From Kiritimatiellia bacterium (lineage in GTDB: Bacteria > Verrucomicrobiota > Kiritimatiellia > JAAZAB01): 64,000 bases of DNA. The stretch lies in contig JAXGPF010000007.1 of NCBI GenBank assembly GCA_040767085.1, forward strand, positions 224,266 to 288,265, in the 5' to 3' direction. Each line of letters begins with the position of its first letter. The stretch's first letter is position 1. Shown here piece after piece: positions 1 to 9,355 of the stretch. The translations under genes were made by a program, and so were the position numbers. Below the pieces are notes generated by a model, which was not told the DNA's origin, made no database searches, and saw nothing but the letters and a program-made list of their open reading frames with translations.

Positions 1-1727
1 AGGCCATTATCAACGCCCGACAAAACCCGCCATTCGGTCTCGTATATCCATTCATCGCCATTTTGCCGGTTTTTCGCAAGATTAATTGTTTTCGCGGCCT
101 TGACGCCCCTGGCGTTAAAGGAGAACTGGCAACATACCGCCGGATTATTTTCCGGGCTCAGCATGATCGCGACACTGTCATCCAGTTCGCCGAAATGCTT
201 GCTCCAGCGCTGATGCTCGATCAAGGCCGGGCCGACCCGGAAATCAGCTTTAAGCTCGCGCATATCGCGTTCCGCGCAAAGAATGCCGATATAAAGGCGG
301 TCTTTGCCCAATACGGCCTTGACGGCCGTCTCGGCAATCGCCGGACGATTGCCGATCGTGACAAACCCGGTGGAATACATGCCGGGCTTCCATTGGCCGG
401 CGACGGTTTCCAGGTTGTCGGCATCCGGAGCAAGCCGTTCGGCGGCGATTACCGGACGGCCATCCTGTTCCCGGCGTTCGCGCCGGATTTCACCCGGCAG
501 CCGCGCAAAATATTGCGCGGCTTTTTCACAATGAAATTTCCAAAGCAAGTTGAAAGGCTCGTCAATCAATGCCAAATACCGTTCACGGGCATTGGGCGCT
601 CTTTCGGCTTTTTCCAAGGTCGAATTTACATGGTTTTGATCCGATTCGGAAAGAACGGCAAGCACATCCGGATTCCCCATCAAATTGCGAACCCGGGCGA
701 TCACGCCGCGGGCATTCCGATACGCTTCCATGAATCCCACACCGGCGTATTTCCCGCGGGCATAAGCCCAGGCCGCCGGCGGCGAACCATTATAAGTAAA
801 AGACCCGTGGTCGAGGGCAAGCTTGTCAAATGCCAGTTGAATCATTTCCACCGCCGGCAACTGCTGATAAAATTCCAAACCGAGCGTCCGCAGAAGATTG
901 AGTTCTACCATCCCGGCCATGATGTTTTCCGCCGGCTTTAAATCATCCGGCACAACGTGGCAGTTGCCGGCGCCTTCCGGATCATAACCGCGGCAGGTCG
1001 GACACAACATGCAATGTTCCGGCACCAGCATGACCGGAATATCGGGCCGGCGCCGCATGGCCACGCCCACTTCATACATGCTGTCTCCCGTATAAATCTC
1101 TCCGCGCATCATTTCGGAACAACGTCCGAAATAAGCTATCACAAAGAGCAAATGCTGGGGAAACAAGCGCAGACAATCGGCGGAATAAATTCTTTCGGCG
1201 AATTTACGCCGGATATCGGCAAGCTCGGAATCAGTCCGGCAGGCATTATGGCCGGGCAGAATTTGCGCCAGCAAGTCTTTTATCTTTGCGCGTCCACGCA
1301 CATAATCCCCGTCCGTCACGCCGGTCAATCCGCGCCATGCCGGACCGGTGGGTGTCGAATAAACGCATATATTTTCAATGGAATGAATTTTACCGATAAT
1401 GGCCTGCAGCGCTGCATATCCGGTAATCACCGGGCGCGCCACGAATTGCGATTCGGATTGATTGCGATTAATCCGGTAAATTATTTCCATATCCCAAAGC
1501 ATTGATTGGGCCACTCCGCGGCAAGCGTCCGCGGCGCAGCCGTTGTATTTTTCGCCCCGGTAACAACAAAAACGCAGGCGAATTCTGGGATTATCCATGA
1601 TCGCCTTGAGAATACCGGTCAGACGTTTTTCGCCCAGATCCTCAACCTTCCGCCCGGCACCCAGCCGGGCAATGATTGCAATCAGTTCATGGGGCCGCAC
1701 CGCAATCCCTGTATTATTTTTTATCAC
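1..1727 (-). CDS. Large hypothetical protein running off the left edge: two Cys-containing DUF1284-like repeats followed by a CBM9/DOMON-like domain
   Basis: Translated by hand: open frame from GTG at 1727 (in-frame TAA at 1734-1736 just upstream) to position 1. Motifs VRPHELIAI, LFPQHLLF, HCMLCPTC, and TAVKAVLGKDRLYIGILCAE...DDSVAIMLSP...QFSFNARG. The plus-strand ORFs 63-1841 are its antisense shadow. Confidence 0.75.
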   Translation of the reverse strand, partial: MIKNNTGIAVRPHELIAIIARLGAGRKVEDLGEKRLTGILKAIMDNPRIRLRFCCYRGEKYNGCAADACRGVAQSMLWDMEIIYRINRNQSESQFVARPVITGYAALQAIIGKIHSIENICVYSTPTGPAWRGLTGVTDGDYVRGRAKIKDLLAQILPGHNACRTDSELADIRRKFAERIYSADCLRLFPQHLLFVIAYFGRCSEMMRGEIYTGDSMYEVGVAMRRRPDIPVMLVPEHCMLCPTCRGYDPEGAGNCHVVPDDLKPAENIMAGMVELNLLRTLGLEFYQQLPAVEMIQLAFDKLALDHGSFTYNGSPPAAWAYARGKYAGVGFMEAYRNARGVIARVRNLMGNPDVLAVLSESDQNHVNSTLEKAERAPNARERYLALIDEPFNLLWKFHCEKAAQYFARLPGEIRRERREQDGRPVIAAERLAPDADNLETVAGQWKPGMYSTGFVTIGNRPAIAETAVKAVLGKDRLYIGILCAERDMRELKADFRVGPALIEHQRWSKHFGELDDSVAIMLSPENNPAVCCQFSFNARGVKAAKTINLAKNRQNGDEWIYETEWRVLSGVDNG

Positions 1728-2269
1728 AACATATTACCATCTTATTCAAGGCGGACATATGCCCGCCATCCAATTGTTATCGAAACCGGCATCGTTCCCG
1801 ATCCCGACCGCGATTTCAAGCCTGATGTTGATTTCGAATAAATTTGCGATCAGATCGCTTTTTGCATCTGATGGACGGGGGCATGGATGATTGTCATCAT
1901 TTTTTGAGAATAAATCCTAAAACAAACCCGTGAAAACGCAACCGGTATTTTCGGGTTTCATCCGGCGATTTTCGGGCGGGGCTGATGGTTGCCATATTTG
2001 CTGCAAGGCACCGCCATAAAACACCTTCGCCTTGCCCTTTTCAAGCGCCGGGAACCGACGGGAATAACGCAACTGTCAGCGGGAGGGCGCGTAGCGCCAT
2101 CCATTATAATATCTGGTTCGGAATTCATTTTATAATTCGGGAAACATGAAATCAGGAATAGATTGTTCTGGATTTTGTTGCCTGATATGCTCCACCTTCA
2201 TGCCTTCCTGAGTTCCTTATTGGATCAATCTCAGATCTGAATCAAATCGGATTTCCGGATTCCCGAACC

Positions 2270-2298
2270 TTGACATATTCAGGCGTAAGCCGTAGCAT
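2270..2298 (+). promoter_or_regulatory. sigma70-type promoter for the AraC regulator
   Basis: TTGACA-17 nt-TAGCAT, 60 nt upstream of the ATG at 2359. Confidence 0.6.
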
Positions 2299-2358
2299 TT
2301 TAACTTATGGCACGTTAGCGCCTAAAACAACAGTAACTGCCCAAAATAACAAGAAAAA

Positions 2359-3204
2359 ATGAATGCTTTGCGTCATGCCTGGCCGCGGTCGAAAATCAGG
2401 CGGCGCATAAAACCATATATAATCGCCAGCCCATTCGGTTTGCGCTCGGCGGGATACGAATGCCTGCCGCCAGATTATGGACGCGATCTTGAGTCCACGC
2501 CGGCTGATTTCACCGCCTTGTGCATTCCGGCGAAAGGCCAGCTATGCGTGGACATCAACGGCAAAACCCATGAAGTCCGACCCGGCCATTTAATCATCAT
2601 TACCGAAGGCACAGCGCGCAGAATTTTCACCAAATGCGAAGGCGTAAAGTATTTTCTCGCCAGTTACACCGGCGCGGCCGCGCCGTTCCTGACCGCGGGA
2701 TTCAACATCCCCGTCAACCGCCCCTTCCAGTTCCGGCATTCCCTGCAAGCGCATCTGAACAAATTCAAACGGGACATCAGGAATCCCGGACTGGCGGGCG
2801 AACACGCCGGAGTCCGGCATTTGATTGAAATGCTGATATTCATCGCAAAACACGTCGGCAAAAGCGCCATATCCGCCGCCGGCTGCAATGAGGATGCCGC
2901 CATTGCGGCGCGCGCCATAGCGACAATCCAGATGTGCTGGCGCGAAAAATCATTTGGCGTGGCACAACTGGCGGAAATGGTCGGAGTTAACACCAAAACT
3001 CTTTACATCCATTTCAAGGCCGAAACCGGCCTGGCCCCGAAGGAATATATTGATCAATACCGGCTGCAGCACGTGCTAAACATGCTGCAAACGCGCGCAA
3101 AAATCCAGGATATAGCCGGCGCCGCCGGTTTCGGCTCATCCGGATATCTGGCCAAATTTTTCAAACGCAAGATGGGAGTCGCGCCGGCCAATTACCACGG
3201 ATGA
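2359..3204 (+). CDS. AraC-family transcriptional regulator
   Basis: N-terminal cupin-like region; C-terminal double HTH (VAQLAEMVGV...IQDIAGAAGFGSSGYLAKFFKRKMGVAP). Confidence 0.9.
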   Translation: MNALRHAWPRSKIRRRIKPYIIASPFGLRSAGYECLPPDYGRDLESTPADFTALCIPAKGQLCVDINGKTHEVRPGHLIIITEGTARRIFTKCEGVKYFLASYTGAAAPFLTAGFNIPVNRPFQFRHSLQAHLNKFKRDIRNPGLAGEHAGVRHLIEMLIFIAKHVGKSAISAAGCNEDAAIAARAIATIQMCWREKSFGVAQLAEMVGVNTKTLYIHFKAETGLAPKEYIDQYRLQHVLNMLQTRAKIQDIAGAAGFGSSGYLAKFFKRKMGVAPANYHG

Positions 3205-3498
3205 GACACGCTTGCCCAAAGCGAGCGCAAAACCGCGAAAAACAATGCGGCATCCTGGCCGGATATCTGGCGCGGAAAGAAGCCGCGGCGCTGGCGGCCG
3301 TATTCACTTCGTCCGTCAGCCGCCGCCGCATCCGCCGGCGATGGGCCGGATTTTCCGCGGTTTCCAGGCGGCTTTCAAAAAACACCTCTTTCGCCATTCT
3401 TTCCAATTCGGCTTGGAATGTAGACTTTCATGTTATTTGCATGCAGGAGTTCAGTTTCCCTGAGACCGAACAGGTCCGGCCGCATGCTATAATTTTGC

Positions 3499-5032
3499 GG
3501 CTCCTAACCAGAATTTGTGGGTAAAAAACAGGTTTTAAAGTTTAAGAAGTTCTCCAAGCAATGGCGCCAAAAGATGGTGGAGTTATTAACAGCCTGCCGC
3601 TTTGGGCGTTTGGCGGCCCCGCAGCAGCCTGATTAATAACTCCTGATTGGCGCGATGGCGGAACGGAGATAAAGCGGCGGCAAAAAAATAGGCTGGCCTT
3701 TCCGTAATCCATTGCGTATGCAATGGGTGAACACAAAAAAAGGAGGACCAGCCCAAGGTGAAACTTAAAACAATTTTGAATCGTTTGCAACCTTTGAAAC
3801 GTTTTATTTATCAGGAAACTTGTATGGTTTTGGATCGTCGCGGCCAATGGAAAGTGGATATAAGCATTCGTCCGCATCGCCAACGCGCGGCATGCTGCTC
3901 GCGTTGCGGGCGACCGCTGGCGACATACGACACTCTGCCTGAACGGATATGGGCGTTTGTGCCCATTTTGAATGTGCCGGCTTTTTTGCATTATAGTCCG
4001 CGCCGGGTAAATTGCCCCGAACATGGCGTGGTGGTGGAAGCGCTGCCTTGGAGCGATGGCAAACGACCCTACAGCAAGGCGCTGATGCTTTTTTTGGGGA
4101 ACTGGGCGCGGAGGTTGTCCTGGAAAGAGACGGCGCTGATTTTCAAAGTCAGTTGGCAGGCGGTTTATCGGTCGGTCGAGTGGATGGTGGAATGGGGCTT
4201 GGCGCACCGGGAATTGGCCAATATAACGGCGATTGGTGTTGATGAACTCCACGTAGGCAACGGTAAAAAGAGCAAGAACTATCTGACCTTGATCTATCAG
4301 ATTGATGCGCAATGCCGCCGATTGCTCTGGGTCGGCCAAACCCGCCGGGCGGCCGCGCTGCGTAAAGGGTTGCAATCTTTGGGAAAACCCGTGCTGGCCG
4401 GCATTCGACATATATGTAGCGATATGTGGCGACCTTATCTGAAAGTCATTGCTGCGAGCCTCAGCCACGGTTGCCACATGATTGACCGCTTCCATGTCGT
4501 GCAAACCTTGAATGCCGCCGTGGACGAGGTCCGGCGCCGGGATATGGCGGCGATGACAGCGCGTCCGGCGGCCAAGCAAAAACTCAAGAAAATGCGCTGG
4601 ACCTTGCTGCGCCGCAAAACCCGCGTGCGCGGCAAAGCTCGCGAAATGCTTGATCGGATATTGGGCACAAGACTGCAAACCGGCCGCGCCTATTTGTTCA
4701 AGGAAAGCTTTCAGCATTTTTGGAGCTATCACAGCCCAACCTGGGCGCGTAATTATCTCCAGGCATGGGTCAAGCGCGCCTGTCGTAGCCGCATTGCGCC
4801 AATCATTAAGGCGGCTAAAACCATTGCTAAACACGAGGAGCTGCTTTTGAACTGGATCAGAGCCAGAAACGAGGTTTTTACTGGCGCAACCGAGGGCTTG
4901 AACAATAAAGCTCGAGTGGTTACCAAACGATCTTATGGCTTCAGAACTTTTCATGGCGCGGAAATGGCGCTATATCATACCCTTGGGCAATTGCCCGAAC
5001 CGGTAATCACCCACAAATTCTGGTGAGGAAAC
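3499..5032 (+). mobile_element. ISL3-family insertion sequence, 1534 bp
   Basis: Terminal IRs GGCTCCTAACCAGAATTTGTGGGT / GTTTCCTCACCAGAATTTGTGGGT; 8-bp target duplication AATTTTGC at 3491-3498 and 5033-5040. Confidence 0.93.
3758..5026 (+). CDS. ISL3-family transposase
   Basis: Zn finger CSRC...CPEH; IGVDE, SDMW, DRFH and TEGLNNK...YGFR motifs; AGGAGG RBS before GTG. Confidence 0.93.
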   Translation: MKLKTILNRLQPLKRFIYQETCMVLDRRGQWKVDISIRPHRQRAACCSRCGRPLATYDTLPERIWAFVPILNVPAFLHYSPRRVNCPEHGVVVEALPWSDGKRPYSKALMLFLGNWARRLSWKETALIFKVSWQAVYRSVEWMVEWGLAHRELANITAIGVDELHVGNGKKSKNYLTLIYQIDAQCRRLLWVGQTRRAAALRKGLQSLGKPVLAGIRHICSDMWRPYLKVIAASLSHGCHMIDRFHVVQTLNAAVDEVRRRDMAAMTARPAAKQKLKKMRWTLLRRKTRVRGKAREMLDRILGTRLQTGRAYLFKESFQHFWSYHSPTWARNYLQAWVKRACRSRIAPIIKAAKTIAKHEELLLNWIRARNEVFTGATEGLNNKARVVTKRSYGFRTFHGAEMALYHTLGQLPEPVITHKFW

Positions 5033-5069
5033 AATTTTGCGAACATAAATAAACCGGCTTCCAACCGGC

Positions 5070-6536
5070 TCAGGCGGGCCGGCGGTGCAGCAGGGCAAAT
5101 CCAATGGCTTCCGAGATCACGAACGGAATCCAGACGATCAAGTGGGGATAAAACTGCGGATGGGAGACCATCGAATCGGCGAGGATGATGAAAAAGTAGA
5201 AGACAAAGACCAGCACCAGCGACAGCGCAATGCCGATGGACGATTCGCGGCGGTGAATCCGGATGCCCAGCGCGGCGCCGAGCAACACGAACGCGAAACA
5301 GGAAAACGATAATCCCAGCCGGGTGCTGGCTTCCACCATCAGCGACGTACGGTAGGTCTGGAAGTCGTCATCGTCCAGGTTGGAGAGGTAATGCCGCTCC
5401 AGCAGCCCGGGTAAGAGTTGTTCCAGCAGCATGCGGTTCAAGCGCATCAAGTCCGCGCCGCGCGGCTGGCGCGCCAGCAATTCCCGGGCGCGGCGATCCA
5501 GATTCACGCCCTTGAACAAGGCGGGGCTGTAAAGGGACGGACCGGCCAGCAAACGGTTGAAATCATCCATCAGCCCCGGCAGGACCTCGTCCCAATTTTT
5601 CCCGGCGCCGGCCTCTTCCAGGCGCCGCAGGGTGGCTGGCGCCAGCACACGCGCGGCAGCGCTCTTGAGCGGCGCCTGGCCAAGCCGGCGCGCCAGTCCC
5701 GGCAAATCGGTGAAATCCTCCGGGCGAAAGCGCAAATCGCCGTCCAGGGAATCGAACACCTCGGCCATGGAGAGGTCGGCGCGTTTTTTGTGAACCACGT
5801 CTTTGCTCATCAATTCGGCGACATCGAACTCCACCGGGTACTCCTCGGCGCTGACCCGACGGACCAGGCTGAGGTTTTCGGGTTGATGATCGTCAGCCTG
5901 CTCGATCCGCACTTGGCGCAGGTTGACCACCACGCGCCCGGGGAGATTGGACGGCGTGCTGATTTCGCCGGCGGCGGCGCGGACCGTCTGGCGGGCGCCC
6001 TGTTTGCCGAATTCGTAGAGCACGACGTCGTAAATTTTACGGCCGTCTTTCCGCCCGATGTAAATGGTATAGCCCGGAAAGTCGCGGATGAACCGGCCTT
6101 CATCCAGAAAATTCAGCGGCGTTTCCACGCCCAGCTTGTTTTTCATCAACCGGCGGGCATAATGGCTGGCCGGGGCTAACTCGCTATTGATATACACGCA
6201 CAACAAGCACAGCAAGGCGGAAATGGCAATCGGCGGCTGGATGATCTGCCAGACACTGACCCCGCAAGCCTGCATGGCCAGGATTTCGCGGTCGCTGGCC
6301 ATGCGGCTGAAATTGAGGAAGGCCGCCGCCAGCACGCTCATGGGAATGGCGAAAATCAGCGAAAACGGCATGCCGTAGGAAAAGAGCTGCAGAATCAGCC
6401 GGCCGGAGATGCCCCGCGAAAGCAAGTCAATCAAACGGAAAACGTTCACCAGGGCCATCACGAACAGAAAGACTAACAGGGTGATGGCGAAACTTACCAG
6501 GAAATCGCGGGTAATATAACGATAGAGGATGCGCAT
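5070..6536 (-). CDS. lptF: LptF/LptG-family LPS export permease with an inserted domain
   Basis: MRILYRYI start, three N-terminal TMs, REILAMQACGVS motif, three C-terminal TMs; TGATG overlap with ahcY. LptF versus LptG is not certain. Confidence 0.82.
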   Translation of the reverse strand: MRILYRYITRDFLVSFAITLLVFLFVMALVNVFRLIDLLSRGISGRLILQLFSYGMPFSLIFAIPMSVLAAAFLNFSRMASDREILAMQACGVSVWQIIQPPIAISALLCLLCVYINSELAPASHYARRLMKNKLGVETPLNFLDEGRFIRDFPGYTIYIGRKDGRKIYDVVLYEFGKQGARQTVRAAAGEISTPSNLPGRVVVNLRQVRIEQADDHQPENLSLVRRVSAEEYPVEFDVAELMSKDVVHKKRADLSMAEVFDSLDGDLRFRPEDFTDLPGLARRLGQAPLKSAAARVLAPATLRRLEEAGAGKNWDEVLPGLMDDFNRLLAGPSLYSPALFKGVNLDRRARELLARQPRGADLMRLNRMLLEQLLPGLLERHYLSNLDDDDFQTYRTSLMVEASTRLGLSFSCFAFVLLGAALGIRIHRRESSIGIALSLVLVFVFYFFIILADSMVSHPQFYPHLIVWIPFVISEAIGFALLHRRPA

Positions 6537-7942
6537 CAATACCGGTAATGATCGGGCTTATAGGGGCCGGCCACCGGCACGCCGAGGTAATCCGACTGGC
6601 GCCGCGAGAGCCGGTCCAATTGGACGCCCAGCTTGTCCAGGTGCAAGGCCGCCACTTTTTCGTCGAGATGCTTCGGGAGCACGTGTACCCCCACCGGGTA
6701 GGCCGCATGGCGCGTGTACAGTTCCAGTTGCGCCAGCAGCTGGTTGGTAAAACTGTTGGACATGACGAAGCTGGGATGGCCCGTGGCGCAGCCCAGGTTG
6801 ACCAGCCGTCCTTCGGCCAGCAGGATGATGCTCTTGCCGTTGGGAAAGAAGATGCGGTCCACCTGCGGCTTGATTTTTTCCCAGCGGTAACGGCGCAGCT
6901 TGTCCACCTCAATTTCCGCGTCGAAATGCCCGATATTGCAGACGATCGCCATGTTTTTCATCCGTCGCATGTGTTTTTCGGTGATGACATTGCAGCAGCC
7001 GGTGGCGGTGACGAAAACCTCGCCGATGGCGCACGCATCGTCCATCCGCATGACTTCGTAGCCTTCCATGGCAGCCTGCAAGGCGCAGATCGGGTCAATT
7101 TCCGTGACGATCACCCGCGCGCCCTGTCCCCGCAGCGACTGGCAACTGCCCTTGCCGACATCGCCGTAACCGGCCACAACGGCCACCTTGCCGGCCAGCA
7201 TGACATCCGTCGCGCGCATGATGCCGTCCACCAGCGAGTGGCGGCAGCCGTACAGGTTGTCGAACTTGGACTTGGTGACGGAATCATTGACGTTGAAAGC
7301 CGGAAACAGCAGTTCCCCTTTTTGATGCATGCGGTAGAGCCGGTGGACGCCGGTGGTGGTTTCCTCCGAAACGCCCAGCAACGCCGGCCGGAGGCGGTGG
7401 AAACGCCGCGGATCGCGCTTGAGGGACAGCCGGAGCTGGGCCAGCAGGGCCGCTTCATCGGCGCTGCCGGGGCGGCGCTGGAGCACGGCAGGCGATTCCT
7501 CGGCCTGGTAGCCCAGGTGGAAAAAGAGCGTAACGTCGCCGCCGTCATCCAGAAGCATGGTGGGCCCGCGGCCGCCGCCCCAGTCCAGGGTGCGGTCAAT
7601 GAAATCCCAGTATTCCTTCAGGCTTTCACCCTTGAAGGCAAAAACCGGGGTGCCGGCGCGGGCCACAGCGGCGGCGGCGTGGTCCTGCGTGGAAAAGACG
7701 TTGCAGCTGGCCCAGCGCACACGGGCGCCGAGGGCTTGGAGCGTCTCGATCAGCACCGCGGTCTGGATTGTCATGTGCAGCGAGCCGGTGACGCGGGCGC
7801 CCCGCAGCGGCTGAGCGCGGCCGAACTCGCGGCGCAAAGCCATCAGCCCGGGCATTTCCTCTTCCGCGCAGGCAATCTCGCGCCGCCCCCACTCCGCCAG
7901 GCTCATATCCGCCACTGCGTACCGCGCCGTATTGTTTTGCAT
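6536..7942 (-). CDS. ahcY: Adenosylhomocysteinase
   Basis: [50 protein letters not shown]. Confidence 0.98.
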   Translation of the reverse strand: MQNNTARYAVADMSLAEWGRREIACAEEEMPGLMALRREFGRAQPLRGARVTGSLHMTIQTAVLIETLQALGARVRWASCNVFSTQDHAAAAVARAGTPVFAFKGESLKEYWDFIDRTLDWGGGRGPTMLLDDGGDVTLFFHLGYQAEESPAVLQRRPGSADEAALLAQLRLSLKRDPRRFHRLRPALLGVSEETTTGVHRLYRMHQKGELLFPAFNVNDSVTKSKFDNLYGCRHSLVDGIMRATDVMLAGKVAVVAGYGDVGKGSCQSLRGQGARVIVTEIDPICALQAAMEGYEVMRMDDACAIGEVFVTATGCCNVITEKHMRRMKNMAIVCNIGHFDAEIEVDKLRRYRWEKIKPQVDRIFFPNGKSIILLAEGRLVNLGCATGHPSFVMSNSFTNQLLAQLELYTRHAAYPVGVHVLPKHLDEKVAALHLDKLGVQLDRLSRRQSDYLGVPVAGPYKPDHYRY

Positions 7943-7945
7943 GGC

Positions 7946-9115
7946 TTAAACCGCGTCCTTCAATGCAGCCGCCTTGTCCGTTTTTTCCCAGGTAAAAACA
8001 TCCAGGTCGCGTTTGCGCCCGAAGTGGCCATAGGCGGCGGTATGTTTGTAAATCGGCCGTAAAAGTTTCAAATCGGCGATGATAGCGGCCGGTTTCAGGG
8101 GAAACACCTTGCGCACGGCCCGGACCAGACGGTCCTCGGGCACCTTGGCCGTGCCGAAGGTTTCCACCAGCAGCGAAACCGGCTCGGGATATCCGATCGC
8201 GTAAGCCACCTGCACTTCGCAACGCCGCGCCAGCCCGGCTGCCACCACGTTCTTGGCGATATGGCGCGCCTGGTAGGCGGCGCTGCGGTCCACCTTGGAG
8301 GGATCCTTGCCCGAGAACGCCCCGCCGCCATGCCGCCCCATCCCGCCGTAGGTATCGGCGATGATCTTGCGCCCGGTCAATCCGGTGTCGCCATGCGGGC
8401 CGCCCACGACAAACCGGCCGGTCGGATTGATCAGGAACTTGGTCCGGGAAGTCAGCAGGCGGGCCGGCAATTCCCGGCGGATGATGCCGTCAATCATCGC
8501 TTCCTTGATCTGGCGGTAGCTGGCGCTTTCGTCGTGCTGGGTGGAAATCACCACGGCGTCAATATGCGCCGGCCGGCCTTTTTCATAGGCCACGGTCACC
8601 TGCGACTTGCCATCCGGGCGCAAAAACGGCAAACTCTTGTTGCGGCGGGTGCGCGCCAGGGCGCGGGTCAGGCGGTGGGCGGCCATGATCGGCAGCGGCA
8701 TCAACTCCGGGGTTTCATCGCAAGCGTAGCCGAACATCATGCCCTGGTCGCCCGCGCCCTGTTCCTTGAACAGGCCGGCGCCAGCGGTCACGCCCCGGGA
8801 GATATCCGGCGACTGGCGGTCCAGGGCGACCAGAACGGCGCAGGCATCGGCGTCAAAGCCCATTGCCGCATCGGTATAGCCGATAGCGCGGACGGTTTCG
8901 CGCACAATATCCGACACGTTGAAGACAGCTTTGGTGGTGATCTGACCGGCGACGACCGCCATGCCCGTGGCCACCAGGGTCTCGCACGCCACACGGCTCC
9001 ATTTGTCCTGCGCCAGGCAGGCATCCAGCACGGCGTCGGAAATGGCGTCCGCTACTTTGTCCGGGTGGCCTTCGGTGATTGATTCGGACGTGAAAACATA
9101 CGCATCGCGGCTCAT
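7946..9115 (-). CDS. metK: S-adenosylmethionine synthetase
   Basis: [28 protein letters not shown]. Confidence 0.98.
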   Translation of the reverse strand: MSRDAYVFTSESITEGHPDKVADAISDAVLDACLAQDKWSRVACETLVATGMAVVAGQITTKAVFNVSDIVRETVRAIGYTDAAMGFDADACAVLVALDRQSPDISRGVTAGAGLFKEQGAGDQGMMFGYACDETPELMPLPIMAAHRLTRALARTRRNKSLPFLRPDGKSQVTVAYEKGRPAHIDAVVISTQHDESASYRQIKEAMIDGIIRRELPARLLTSRTKFLINPTGRFVVGGPHGDTGLTGRKIIADTYGGMGRHGGGAFSGKDPSKVDRSAAYQARHIAKNVVAAGLARRCEVQVAYAIGYPEPVSLLVETFGTAKVPEDRLVRAVRKVFPLKPAAIIADLKLLRPIYKHTAAYGHFGRKRDLDVFTWEKTDKAAALKDAV

Positions 9116-9262
9116 GTTAACTCCTTGCGATTACTCCATATCCCGCTTTATCAAGATCAGATCCAACCGGCCATACCTGGGGCGCGGCGGCCGGCGACAC
9201 TTCCTCGCCGGGACTGCGCGGCACGCTGCCAAAGCATGTTCAGGCATACATCAATCAAAATA

Positions 9263-9296
9263 GCTTTTATAACATAAAAGCGCCAAAAGACGCAAT
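9263..9296 (-). promoter_or_regulatory. Putative metK-ahcY promoter overlapped by palindrome GCTTTTAT-N3-ATAAAAGC
   Basis: Perfect 8-bp inverted repeat at 9263-9281 covering a TATAAA -10-like box; TTGCGT -35-like box upstream. Confidence 0.4.
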
Positions 9297-9355
9297 ACAT
9301 GTTTTGCCGCGTGACGCTTTACCACGGCCGGCGGGCGTCCCCTGGCTTTCCGGGC

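Noticed and set aside
63-1841. Plus-strand ORFs 63-941, 957-1505 and 1506-1841
   Set aside because: Antisense shadows of one minus-strand gene with recognisable motifs.
3161-3440. Short minus ORF or possible gene remnant between araC and ISL3
   Set aside because: No recognisable motif or RBS; overlaps the araC end; cannot be supported.
3542-4954. 470-aa minus ORF
   Set aside because: Antisense to the ISL3 transposase.
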